Positions 1 to 8,787 of a stretch of DNA of 64,000 nucleotides are shown here, one piece after another. The position numbers were made by a program, and so were the translations under genes. Location: positions 192,001 through 256,000 of the forward strand of contig JAWLHY010000002.1 of NCBI GenBank assembly GCA_041690135.1, in the 5' to 3' direction. Position 1 is the first letter of the stretch, and each line of letters opens with the position of its first letter. This stretch comes from Armatimonadota bacterium (GTDB lineage: Bacteria > Armatimonadota > SYMT01). Below the pieces are notes generated by a model. The model saw only the letters and a program-made list of their open reading frames with translations, was not told the origin of the DNA and did no database searches.

Positions 1-151
1 ATCCGTGCCGAAACCTGTCCCTGCTTACCTGACGATGTCCCCTGCGGGACGGGAGGCTTTCTCAACAAAGGTTAGCACGTTCGCGCGGTGGCGGGGGAGG
101 AGTTGGCGCTACGGATCTGTCAATGCGTAGCTGCTTTGTTGTGCCCAGCCG

Positions 152-212
152 ACGCAGGTTTACGCCCCGAGGGGGTGTCGGCTTTGCCGTTTGTAGCCGC
201 GAGTTCACTCGC
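152..212 (+). repeat. Dispersed composite repeat: GGTTTACGCCCC hairpin followed by a GTAG REP-like palindrome
   Basis: 152-178 ACGCAGGTTTACGCCCCGAGGGGGTGT is identical to the reverse complement of 63196-63222; GTAGCCGCGAGTTCACTCGC follows at 193. Confidence 0.8.
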
Positions 213-242
213 CCAGCCGAAGCGTTTGTTCCCTCGCATTCC

Positions 243-3008
243 CTACGTTGCTTCACCGGAGTCGCCGGTCTCCTGCTTGCAGAGGCAACACAGGCGCAGC
301 AGGTGCAGCTCGGGGTAGGGGACCCGGCCCTCGAGAGCTTCGTTGACCGGCCCCAACCGCTCGTGGCCAAGGCGATGGAAGAGCGCCAGAACACGGTCCC
401 GGTCCTCCGGGGAGAGGCTGCATTCGGCGAGGAGGGGTTCGGGGTCGAGGGTGCCGCCCGCGCGCACGTACTTGTAGAGGTTGGTGAGGATGGTGTTGCG
501 GGTCACGTTCCAGCGCTCCTGGAGTTCCTCCACGGTGGCGCCGGCGCGGTAGGCCTCGCCGACTTCGAAGCAGCGTCGGCCCTCGATAGAGGCCAGGCCC
601 GTGGGCTCTGCAAGAGCCGGAACACCGTGTTCCTCGATGTGGGCGCGGATGGCCTCCAGGAACGGCTCTCCGTAGACGGCCGCCTTGCGCTCCCCCACCC
701 CATTGATTTGCAGGAAAGCGGCTCGGCTCTGCGGGCATGTCCGGGCCATCTCCGTGAGGGTCCGGTCGGAGAAGACCATGAAAGGGGCCAGCCCGGCAGT
801 ATCGGCGAGCTCTTTGCGAAGGCGCCGCAGGGAGGCGAAGAGGAGCGGGTCGCATTCCGGGGCATCGCCGGTGGGGCGGGTCGTGCGCGGCTCGTCCAGG
901 ATTACGAGCACCGGCTCGCCGGCCAGGGCGCGGCGACCGCCATCGGCGACGCGGAGGGTGCCGTGCTCCATCTCCACTTCGACGAGACCCAATTCGATGA
1001 ACCGGTCGGCCAGGCGGCGCCAGGTCTCCGCGGAGCGGTTACGGCCCGACCCGTGAGCCGCCAGGCGGTCGTGTTTCCACCGCAGCACGGCGGCGGACTG
1101 CGAGCCGCGGAGCACGTCGATGACATGCCCGCGCCCGAACCGCTCGCCGGTTTGCTGCAGGCACGCCAGGAAGAGGCGAGCGTCCTCGGATACATCGACC
1201 GGGGTGCGACCTCCCGCCTCGGAGCGGCAGTTGTCGCACATCCCGCAGGGGTCGGCCGGGGGTTCGTCCCCGAAGTAACGCAGGAGGGTGACGCGCCGGC
1301 AAGTAGTTGATTCAGCGAAGCGGACCATCGCCTGCAACCGGGCGGTGCGCCCCGCTCGTTCCGCGGGATTGCCTTCCAGAATCAGGTGATAGCGCGTCGC
1401 CATATCGGCGCCGCTGAAGAGGAGGAGGCAGTCCGACCGGAGCCCGTCGCGGCCGGCCCGCCCGACCTGCTGGTAGTACGTCTCCAGGCACTCGGGCAAC
1501 GCGTAGTGGGCGACAAACCGCACGTTGGACTTGTTGATGCCCATTCCGAAGGCGACGGTCGCCACCATCACCGTCACCTCATCGCGCTGGAAGAGTTGCT
1601 GATTCTCGCGGCGGACCGCATCCTCTAAGCCGGCGTGGTACGGCAGCGCCCGGATTCCCGCCTTCTGGAGGTGCTGCGTCAGGTCTTCCACCTGTTTCCG
1701 GGTGTTGCAGTAGATGATTCCCGCCTGATCGGGATACGCCGCCAGGAACTCCCGTAGTTGGGCATGCGCATCGCCCCGGCGGCAGGCTTCCAGGAAGAGG
1801 TTGGGCCGATCGAAGCCGGCCACAAAGGTGTGCTCCGGAGCGATCCCCAGGATCTTGCGGATGTCCTCGCGCACGCGTTCGGTCGCGGTGGCGGTGAGCG
1901 CCAGGCACACGGCCCGGGGGAAACGGTCTCGCACGGCGCGGATCTGCCGGTACTCGGGGCGGAAATCGTGACCCCACTCCGAAATACAATGGGCTTCGTC
2001 CACCGTCAGACAGCAGACACGGCTCTCTTCCAGGAGAACCTGAATGTCCTCACGCATCAGGGTTTCCGGGGCCACGTACAGGAGCTTTGCCTCACCGCTC
2101 CGCACCTGCCGAACGTTATCGCGGTAGGCGGCGGGGGTGAGCGTGCTGTTGAGCGTCACCGCGGCCACGCCCACCTCGCGGAGTTGGTCCACCTGGTCCT
2201 GCATCAGGGACAGCAGCGGAGAGATGACGACCGTAAGCCCCTCCCAGAGGAGTGCCGGAAGCTGGTAACAGAGCGACTTGCCCGCACCGGTCGGCATGAT
2301 GCCCAGGGTGTCTTTCCCGTCCAGGACGCTGCCGATGATCCGCTCCTGAAACGGGCGCAGCTCGGGATACCCGAAGACCCGCTGCAGCACCTGGCGCGCG
2401 GCTTCCAGGCTGGGGGTCGTCGGCGGCGGGGTCGTCGGCGGCGGTTCCGCAGGGGCTTCCGGCGGAGGAGGCGGCTCGCCGAAGAGGTCCATCTGACCGC
2501 CGGTGAGACGCTCGATCACCTCTTCGTGCGTGCGGGGACAGCCTTCCTCATCCAGATGGGTGACCGGGATCCCCAACTCCCGCAGCGAAACGCCGATCAG
2601 ATGGGTCCGGTGACATTCCTCCGGTCGGCCCTCACTGCACATCAGGGCCACGGCCATCCGCTGTGCGGAGGCGCGCCGGAGCCGGTCGATGCCGCGCTGG
2701 TAAGACTCCTTCTCGCGCACCCGGCCGTAGTCGATCCTGTCGTCCACCCAGCAGTCCGGGTCTTCCGGGCGCCCGCCGAGGGCATTCCCCAGGTAGACGT
2801 ACCGGAGGCCCCGCTCGGTCAACGCCGCCTCGAGGGCCGGGCGCGAGAACTCGGGCCGGAACCGGGAAGCCGGCACGGAACGCACGTCCACCAGGCAGGT
2901 GATTCCATGCTCCCGCAGGAGCGCCACCAGTTCCTCGAAGGTGCGGCTGCCGTACCCCAGGGTGTAGATCTGTCCCGGCCCGTCCAACGGAATTACCCCT
3001 CGTCGCAA
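243..3008 (-). CDS. recQ: RecQ DNA helicase with N-terminal DUF488 domain (DUF488-helicase-Zn-RQC-HRDC-HTH)
   Basis: N-terminal IYTLGYG, LVDVRSVP, LGG and MCSEGRPEECHR (DUF488); Pro-rich linker; TGAGKS, DEAH, GMGINK, YYQQVGRAGRDG, CRR...CGMCDNC; HRDC-like FSDRTL...INGVGERK. Start may be the TTG at 2987. Confidence 0.93.
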   Translation of the reverse strand: MRRGVIPLDGPGQIYTLGYGSRTFEELVALLREHGITCLVDVRSVPASRFRPEFSRPALEAALTERGLRYVYLGNALGGRPEDPDCWVDDRIDYGRVREKESYQRGIDRLRRASAQRMAVALMCSEGRPEECHRTHLIGVSLRELGIPVTHLDEEGCPRTHEEVIERLTGGQMDLFGEPPPPPEAPAEPPPTTPPPTTPSLEAARQVLQRVFGYPELRPFQERIIGSVLDGKDTLGIMPTGAGKSLCYQLPALLWEGLTVVISPLLSLMQDQVDQLREVGVAAVTLNSTLTPAAYRDNVRQVRSGEAKLLYVAPETLMREDIQVLLEESRVCCLTVDEAHCISEWGHDFRPEYRQIRAVRDRFPRAVCLALTATATERVREDIRKILGIAPEHTFVAGFDRPNLFLEACRRGDAHAQLREFLAAYPDQAGIIYCNTRKQVEDLTQHLQKAGIRALPYHAGLEDAVRRENQQLFQRDEVTVMVATVAFGMGINKSNVRFVAHYALPECLETYYQQVGRAGRDGLRSDCLLLFSGADMATRYHLILEGNPAERAGRTARLQAMVRFAESTTCRRVTLLRYFGDEPPADPCGMCDNCRSEAGGRTPVDVSEDARLFLACLQQTGERFGRGHVIDVLRGSQSAAVLRWKHDRLAAHGSGRNRSAETWRRLADRFIELGLVEVEMEHGTLRVADGGRRALAGEPVLVILDEPRTTRPTGDAPECDPLLFASLRRLRKELADTAGLAPFMVFSDRTLTEMARTCPQSRAAFLQINGVGERKAAVYGEPFLEAIRAHIEEHGVPALAEPTGLASIEGRRCFEVGEAYRAGATVEELQERWNVTRNTILTNLYKYVRAGGTLDPEPLLAECSLSPEDRDRVLALFHRLGHERLGPVNEALEGRVPYPELHLLRLCCLCKQETGDSGEAT

Positions 3009-3014
3009 AGGTGT

Positions 3015-3023
3015 ATCTTAACA
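3015..3023 (-). promoter_or_regulatory. Putative extended -10 promoter of recQ
   Basis: TG-T-TAAGAT on the minus strand just upstream of the ORF. Confidence 0.4.
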
Positions 3024-3105
3024 CCTTTCGGCAGGAGCGAGTTGCTCGCCTTCCCTGGGTGCGGCAGGCGGGCTGCAGGCAAAAACCGGCCAGCCAACCC
3101 CCTTC

Positions 3106-3756
3106 TTGATAGTATTACCCGGCTACGCAACTGTGTCAGGGAGTAGCGTGTTGCTCGATCCTCACGCTCCTCGAAAACCCAAGGCTCTGGTGGTACTCCT
3201 TCCACACCCAGAATACAACCGACTTGCTCGCACGCTTCGAGCATTGATCGTCGAGGCGATACCGTGGCAGGGCGAGGTTTATCGCTTTGTCTCGCCCCAA
3301 TATGCCGGGACAGACGATCTCATATCCGGTATAGGCAGCAGTCTCCACGGGGCACGCTGGAATGCACAAGGATCCTTCCCCGCCATCTATGGAAGCCTGG
3401 CACCGGAAACACCCCTAAAAGAAACCCAAGCTTACAGCCAACGGCATGGGTTTCCTCTGGCGCGGAGCCTGCCGCGCACTTTGGCGGCTATTCAGATTGA
3501 CTTGCAGGCGGTGCTGGATCTCACAAACGGAACCGTGCGGCGGCGGATTAAGGTGTCCAATCTCCGGATGCATGCAGAACCCTGGTGGATCTTACAGGCC
3601 GCAGGTCGGGAAGCCTTGACGCAGGCGGTTGGCCGGGCAGCATACGAAGCCGGCTTCGAGGGTATGCTCGTCCCCTGCGTGCCGGCTCGCGGCGAGGTTA
3701 ATCTGGTGGTGTTCCCCGACAACCTTCGCCCGGGCAGTGCTGTTGTGGCCCTGTGA
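3106..3756 (+). CDS. RES-domain toxin (NAD-consuming, ParT/MbcT-like)
   Basis: VYRF, GARWN, AIYGS, LKE, TQAVGRAAY, EGMLVP and NLVVF pattern; true start probably at 3148 or 3190. Confidence 0.85.
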   Translation: MIVLPGYATVSGSSVLLDPHAPRKPKALVVLLPHPEYNRLARTLRALIVEAIPWQGEVYRFVSPQYAGTDDLISGIGSSLHGARWNAQGSFPAIYGSLAPETPLKETQAYSQRHGFPLARSLPRTLAAIQIDLQAVLDLTNGTVRRRIKVSNLRMHAEPWWILQAAGREALTQAVGRAAYEAGFEGMLVPCVPARGEVNLVVFPDNLRPGSAVVAL

Positions 3757-3777
3757 GAATCGCTGAAACGCGGAAGC

Positions 3778-3828
3778 TGCAGATCAGAGTGCAGATCTGC
3801 AACTTCTGGCCGCAAACCCGGGTATAAT
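3778..3828 (+). promoter_or_regulatory. Putative antitoxin promoter with operator-like repeat
   Basis: TGCAGATC direct repeat, palindrome TGCAGATCTGCA at 3790-3801, TATAAT at 3823-3828. Confidence 0.45.
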
Positions 3829-3869
3829 CCATTCGGAATGGGATCATCAGGCATACGGAATTAGCAGAA

Positions 3870-4316
3870 TTGAATTCACGCACTGTAGAGAAGCCAAAGC
3901 GCAGGAGCCGGGAGAGCACCGAACGCTGCGAATCTCCGACACTTGAGGTTCCGCACGGTCGGACAGAGTCGACGGCGCTCGAAATCCCGCCAAACGAGGA
4001 ACTCGTTCGGGCAATACGGGAGGGGCTTGGGCTGACCCGGCGGGACTTCGCTCGTATGACCGGCTACTCCGAACGAGCCATCGCCGCGTGGGAAACCGGC
4101 GCGCCTCTAAGTGGACCGAGTCGCCAACGGATGTTGGAGATGCAGGCGCTCCAGAAGGCCCTCAGTTCGCTGGCCGAGCCGGGCGGGATAGGTCCGTGGC
4201 TTCTTCGTCCCAACGATGGGTTCGGCGGCCTGAAGCCGTTGGAAGTAGTGGAACGGGGGGAAATCCACCGTCTCTGGCAACTGGTGTTCTGGCTCGAATC
4301 GGGCGTTCCGAGCTGA
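3870..4316 (+). CDS. Xre-HTH antitoxin with MbcA/ParS-like C-terminal domain
   Basis: HTH IREGLGLTRRDFARMTGYSERAIAAWETG; C-terminal WLLRPNDGFGGLKPLEVV; adjacent to the RES gene; start uncertain. Confidence 0.85.
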   Translation: MNSRTVEKPKRRSRESTERCESPTLEVPHGRTESTALEIPPNEELVRAIREGLGLTRRDFARMTGYSERAIAAWETGAPLSGPSRQRMLEMQALQKALSSLAEPGGIGPWLLRPNDGFGGLKPLEVVERGEIHRLWQLVFWLESGVPS

Positions 4317-4551
4317 ACTTCAACCTTTAGCCCCGAGAGCTTCAACCCTGCCCCCGAGGTAGGACTATTTGGCCTCCCTCACAGCAGGCTGCTCTGTCGC
4401 CCTTTCAGGGCTGTTGTGTACGGCCGCCAGGTCCGGGGGTTACACCCCCCTGCCCGCATGCGGGCGCCCGTCTCTCTTCGCCCCTCCGGGGCTATCGGCG
4501 GGCACTGACCAGAAGCTGCCCCGCCCGTCCCCAGGGCAGGGTTCGGTCGTG

Positions 4552-4676
4552 AACCTTCAGCCTTCCAACCTTCAGCCTTCCAACCTTCAGCCTTCCAACC
4601 TTCAGCCTTCCAACCTTCAGCCTTCCAACCTTCCACCTTCCAACCTTCCACCTTCCAACCTGCTAACTTTCCAACC
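4552..4676 (+). repeat. 15-bp tandem repeat (AACCTTCAGCCTTCC)x5 plus 2 variant and 1 degenerate unit
   Basis: Read directly from the sequence. Confidence 0.95.
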
Positions 4677-4692
4677 CAGCTACCACCCCTGT

Positions 4693-5109
4693 TCACCCCA
4701 GTTCCCCATGCTCCACGGGGCGGCCCTGCATCAGCTTGGCGGTGGCGGTGGCAAGCAGGGTGCCGCCGGCATCGCGGAGTTCCGCGCGACAGTGGACGAT
4801 GCGGCGCTGGCGCTCGGTGACCTCGGCGGTCACGGTGAGGGTCTGGTCGGTGGGGGCGGGCTTGCTGTAGCGGACCGTCAACTCCGCGGTGGCGGCCCAG
4901 TGGCCGAGGGAGACGGCGGCGTAGACCATCGCCTCGTCCAGAAGCGCCGCGACGATCCCGCCGTGGGAAACGCCGGTATAACCCTGGTGCTCCGCGCGCG
5001 GCTGGTAGGTCCCGGTGGCCTTCCCCTCCGTGGTGGTGAACGTGGCTTTCAGCCCCTCCGGGTTATCGGGCCCGCATACGAAGCAGTAACGGTCAATGTC
5101 GAGGCGCAT
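4693..5109 (-). CDS. PaaI-family hotdog thioesterase
   Basis: CFVCGPDNPEGL, HQGYTGVSHGGIVAALLDEAM. Confidence 0.92.
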   Translation of the reverse strand: MRLDIDRYCFVCGPDNPEGLKATFTTTEGKATGTYQPRAEHQGYTGVSHGGIVAALLDEAMVYAAVSLGHWAATAELTVRYSKPAPTDQTLTVTAEVTERQRRIVHCRAELRDAGGTLLATATAKLMQGRPVEHGELG

Positions 5110-5111
5110 AG

Positions 5112-5193
5112 TCAGGTGTTCGGGTGGTCAGGTGTTCGGGTGGTCGGCCCCCTGTGGGGGGGTAAATGTTCGGGTGGTCAGGCGGTCGGGTGG
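5112..5193 (-). repeat. Octamer-based tandem repeat with embedded TTTAC-CCCCC/GGGGG hairpin
   Basis: (TCAGGTGTTCGGGTGG)x2; reverse complement CCGAACATTTACCCCCCCACAGGGGGCC; related copies at 7876 and 27748. Confidence 0.85.
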
Positions 5194-5389
5194 AAGTAAC
5201 AGCGGGATGCTGGTCAACGGACCAACTTCTGCCCCAGACCTCACGTATCACGCCCACGTCTGAGGCGAAATCTCTGCCCTCGCAGCCGCCTCGCACGTAA
5301 GCATCACGTTTCGCGCCTCACGGACCGACGCGAAGCCCCCCTCTCGCACCCACACCCTCCCCAGGTACGTAAACCTCACGCATTACGCA

Positions 5390-7624
5390 CTAAGCATTAC
5401 AAGTCTGCCTGGGGGCGGAGCACTCTTCGGATACCGGGCACGGGGAGACATACTCCACGTCGAATTCCACCTGCCGGCAGATCGGCGGGAAGATGTCCTT
5501 GCCGAAAAGCAGATAGAGGGCCAGGGTATAGGGACGGTCGTTGAGATACGGGAGGGACTCGGCTCGCTGCCAGAGACGGCGGACATAAGCCGCGAAGAGC
5601 AGCATGAGCTGGCATTCGATCACCTGCCGCTCTCGCTCCTGCTCTGGATCGTAATCCGGCTGCAACCGGCGTCGCCCTTCCCGCTTCGCGGCTTCCTTCT
5701 CTCGACGGAGTGCCGATTGCCGGGCGGCCAGCAACTCCGTGCGGCGCGCCGACAGCGCTTCGATCTGCTCGGCGACCGGGAGCGGAAGGTCCCGGCCCAA
5801 CTCGCGCAGCAGGAGGTCCCCATCCGGGAAGGCGCGGAGCTGGCGGGCCAGTTTCGCCAGCCGCGGGTCTTCGCTCAGCGCCTCTTCCCAGCGCCCCCCG
5901 CGCGCGTTCAGCGCCATCAGCCGCGCCAGGTGCACATGCTGCCCGACATGACAGTGGGAGAGGAGATCGAGCATCCGGTGGGCGTCTCCGGCCACGCGCC
6001 GCCACTGGTGGGCGACCGTCCTTGCCGTGGTTACCCGGCCTAGCGTTCCCTCCAGGAACCGGGGCATCCGTAGCGGCAGGTCGCCCATGGCATCGAGCCG
6101 GTCGAGGGCATTCAGGCCGATCCGAATCAGAAGGCCGGTGTTCTGGTGCAGCACGCCCCGCGCCCGAAGACCGCTGACGAGGTGGTCGACCATCGGCGCG
6201 TACTTACTGCCCTGGCGCGGAAGTCCCAGGCCACGCGGTGAACGCTGGAGCTCGGCCGCAAACGCTGCCGCCTTGCCGACGATCGCCAGGTCTTCGATCT
6301 CTCCGAGGCTCTCCAGCAACGCATGGAGCAGGGTATGCGCCGAGTCTACGCGTCCCTCCGCTTCCACCACGATGCTGCCGGCGCTCTCGTTCCGGAGCGT
6401 GATCACCGTGCGCTCCGTGCCGGACAGCTCGAGGCCGTAGCGATAGATGGGAGTGCCCGGCCCACCGGGGGCTAGCTCTACGAAGAAGGGTGGCGTGTAG
6501 TGTCCGGTGCGCGGATCGTATTTCATCCGCTGGAGGCCGAACCCGACCCGGTTCAGGGCGTCGTTGTAGGCCTCGGAGAACTCACGGGGGTGGCGGAGCG
6601 CCAGGTCCAGGAAGAAGTGGAGGGTCTGTTCCGGGGCCCGGAGCCGTTCCAGGTCCGCATTGGAGAGACCGGCGAAACGGCTGGCGCGGTCAAGCGCCAT
6701 CCGGTCGGCCGGGAAGATTTCGTGGGTGAGCCACTCCCCGAAGGCGATCTGGAAGTCCGCGACGCTGGCATCGGGGTGCGCTTCAAGGTAGTCCCGCGCC
6801 CAGTCGGCCACACGGCGTGCCCGGGCCGCGACCCCCTTGCGGTGCACCGGGTTCACGGCCAGTCGCATGGCCCCGCGGGCCGCGGCATGGATCTGCAGCC
6901 AGCTCGCCGCCGAGCGCAGCTCCGGATCGTTCGCCGGGATGCTGGAGAGGATCTCGTTTGCGTTCTCCACCGGCACGATGCCGTAGAGCCCCTCGGTTTT
7001 GGTGAAAGCGTAATAAAGGGCCGCGGCGGGATGATCCTCGCCGAGCTGCCGCAACTCTTCGCGATGGAGACCCGGCCCCAGGCGGGTAGCGGCATCAGCG
7101 CTCGGACCACCGGCAGCGTTCGGGAGGACTACCCCCAGTTCCCCGAGGGCACGCAGCCACGACGGATCCCGGAGGATCTCGGCGGCATGCTTCTCCCACA
7201 ACAATGCCGAGCGGTGCAGGTGGACAGAGGCGGAAGCGAACTGTTCCGGGGAGACGGCCTCCGTGAAAAACAGGCCGTAAGAGGTGTCCTGGTGCTCCCA
7301 CACGGCTCCGGCGCGGCCCCGGTAGTAATCTTCCGTGAGCACGTACTTGCGGCCCGCCTGCCGCCAACCGCGCGTCAGGCGCGCGTCGGCCGTTCCGAGG
7401 CGCTCGTCCTGCACGAAAAAAGTGATCTCGGCGCCGCTGTCGCCCACCGCGCGGGAAAGACAGTGGTTGGCCAGTACGGCATCCCAGGCCTGGTTCTGGT
7501 CGCCCTTGTAGACGTGCTGGACGTCCCGGATGGCCAGGGCTTCCTGGATCTCCGCGGGTCGGTCCGTTGTCGCCCGGAGCGTCACAAACTGATCGCCCCG
7601 GTTGATGACCGCAGCGGGCTTCAT
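5390..7624 (-). CDS. Large hypothetical protein, distantly BshC-like (inferred)
   Basis: 744-aa ORF with SD-like GAGGGAG and host-like codon use; motifs KGDQ, FFVQDE, FSEAYNDAL, PPFF, GSKYAPMVD; C-terminal coiled coil then LNDRPY...LFG. Confidence 0.75.
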   Translation of the reverse strand: MKPAAVINRGDQFVTLRATTDRPAEIQEALAIRDVQHVYKGDQNQAWDAVLANHCLSRAVGDSGAEITFFVQDERLGTADARLTRGWRQAGRKYVLTEDYYRGRAGAVWEHQDTSYGLFFTEAVSPEQFASASVHLHRSALLWEKHAAEILRDPSWLRALGELGVVLPNAAGGPSADAATRLGPGLHREELRQLGEDHPAAALYYAFTKTEGLYGIVPVENANEILSSIPANDPELRSAASWLQIHAAARGAMRLAVNPVHRKGVAARARRVADWARDYLEAHPDASVADFQIAFGEWLTHEIFPADRMALDRASRFAGLSNADLERLRAPEQTLHFFLDLALRHPREFSEAYNDALNRVGFGLQRMKYDPRTGHYTPPFFVELAPGGPGTPIYRYGLELSGTERTVITLRNESAGSIVVEAEGRVDSAHTLLHALLESLGEIEDLAIVGKAAAFAAELQRSPRGLGLPRQGSKYAPMVDHLVSGLRARGVLHQNTGLLIRIGLNALDRLDAMGDLPLRMPRFLEGTLGRVTTARTVAHQWRRVAGDAHRMLDLLSHCHVGQHVHLARLMALNARGGRWEEALSEDPRLAKLARQLRAFPDGDLLLRELGRDLPLPVAEQIEALSARRTELLAARQSALRREKEAAKREGRRRLQPDYDPEQERERQVIECQLMLLFAAYVRRLWQRAESLPYLNDRPYTLALYLLFGKDIFPPICRQVEFDVEYVSPCPVSEECSAPRQTCNA

Positions 7625-7784
7625 CGTGCTTCCATCTCCCTCGTCCCACGCCGCCGTGCGACGCCGTCTCCGCCTTCTGTTGGTTAGCTGCCGGTCACGG
7701 GTTCCCCTGCCCGGAGACCGGGTGGTGACAGGCCGGTAAACCGAGCCTCAGTTTACCCCCCGCTTTTCACAGGCGTAAACAGCG

Positions 7785-7866
7785 GGTTAGGGGCCAGGGG
7801 TTGGGGGCCAGGGGTCGGGGATTAGTGGTTGGGGCTTAGGGGCCAGGGGTTAGGGGCCGGGGGCTA
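7785..7866 (+). repeat. Heptamer tandem repeat (GGGGCCA/GGGGTTA)n
   Basis: About 11 degenerate 7-bp units. Confidence 0.85.
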
Positions 7867-7875
7867 TACTTATGC

Positions 7876-7952
7876 CTGAACATTTACCCCCCACAGGGGG
7901 GCCCGAATACCTGAACACCCGAATACCTGAACACCCGAATACCTGAACACCC
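7876..7952 (+). repeat. TTTAC hairpin element plus (CCGAATACCTGAACAC)x3
   Basis: CCTGAACATTTACCCCCCACAGGGGGGC followed by a 16-bp tandem. Confidence 0.9.
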
Positions 7953-7964
7953 ACCGCCTACCGC

Positions 7965-8429
7965 CTACCTTACCCCCGCGGTCTCGCGCGCTTCATCCTC
8001 CCGGGCCGAAGCGACCGCGGACTCGGCGGCGTGCTTTACCCGGCCGAGCCGGCGAGCCATGTCTCCCAGCACCTGGGCCTTGCGCGATAGGTCAACCTGG
8101 ACTTCCTTCACTTCCGCTGCGGCCTGCTGAGCAGGCGGCATCACCTCTCCCGCGATCTTGCGGGTCGTCTCCACACGCCGTTTAACGAGGCTGGTTACCG
8201 CTTTGACGCGCGAAACCACCGCGCTCCCCTGGGTCTTGGTCTGGTTCGCCATGGCCTGCCCCAACTGCTGCAGTCCCTGGACCTCCCGCATGAGCGGCTG
8301 GACGCGCCGCTGGCCCTTGCGCGCAGTCTGCATCATCATCGAGGCCACGTAGCCCATCGCGGCCACGCAAACCACCTCGATAATGGCCATTACCACGAAG
8401 AACGTATCCCACGCCGTCAAGCCGGCCAT
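7965..8429 (-). CDS. Membrane-anchored coiled-coil hypothetical protein (DUF948-like architecture)
   Basis: One N-terminal TM helix then a helical region; SD GAGG and TACAAT -10 upstream. Confidence 0.75.
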   Translation of the reverse strand: MAGLTAWDTFFVVMAIIEVVCVAAMGYVASMMMQTARKGQRRVQPLMREVQGLQQLGQAMANQTKTQGSAVVSRVKAVTSLVKRRVETTRKIAGEVMPPAQQAAAEVKEVQVDLSRKAQVLGDMARRLGRVKHAAESAVASAREDEARETAGVR

Positions 8430-8550
8430 GCAGCACCTCGCTTTCCGCGACCATTGTACCCCGGGGGACGACCGTCTTCAAACTTCCCGGCCGGGAAGGG
8501 AACCCGAGTTGTCAGGGCGATGGGCAGACGGTGACCGGGAGTGACGTAGG

Positions 8551-8702
8551 CGTCTCGTCCGCGGGCGTTCGATCACGATCACAAACACTGACTGTGCTCG
8601 CGAGGGTGGGGCGGGCGTCCCGCCCGCCAGTATGGCGAATGAGTGGAGTGCGTGGAGCGGGCGTCTCGCCCGCCGGTGTTCGATTACGATTGCGATCACG
8701 AG
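8551..8702 (+). repeat. REP-like palindromes with (CGATYA)n hexamer tails
   Basis: GTGGGGCGGGCGTCCCGCCCGC and GTGGAGCGGGCGTCTCGCCCGC; CGATCACGATCAC and CGATTACGATTGCGATCACGA. Confidence 0.7.
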
Positions 8703-8708
8703 GAATAG

Positions 8709-8754
8709 GCAAGCAACAGGGGGAGGACCGAGCGGTCCTCCCCCTGTTGCTTGC
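8709..8754 (-). terminator. Perfect 21-bp inverted repeat downstream of the DUF1501 gene
   Basis: GCAAGCAACAGGGGGAGGACC-GAGC-GGTCCTCCCCCTGTTGCTTGC. Confidence 0.75.
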
Positions 8755-8787
8755 GTCCGTTCCGGGTTCTCCCGAGCGGGAACCGGT

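Noticed and set aside
2412-2445. 15-bp duplication in the recQ linker as a mobile-element footprint
   Set aside because: Explained by simple expansion of a Pro/Thr linker (PPPTT twice)
4369-5199. ORFs encoding NLQPS or EGWKA pentapeptide repeats
   Set aside because: Translations of the 15-bp DNA repeat; they overlap the thioesterase and REP-like sequence
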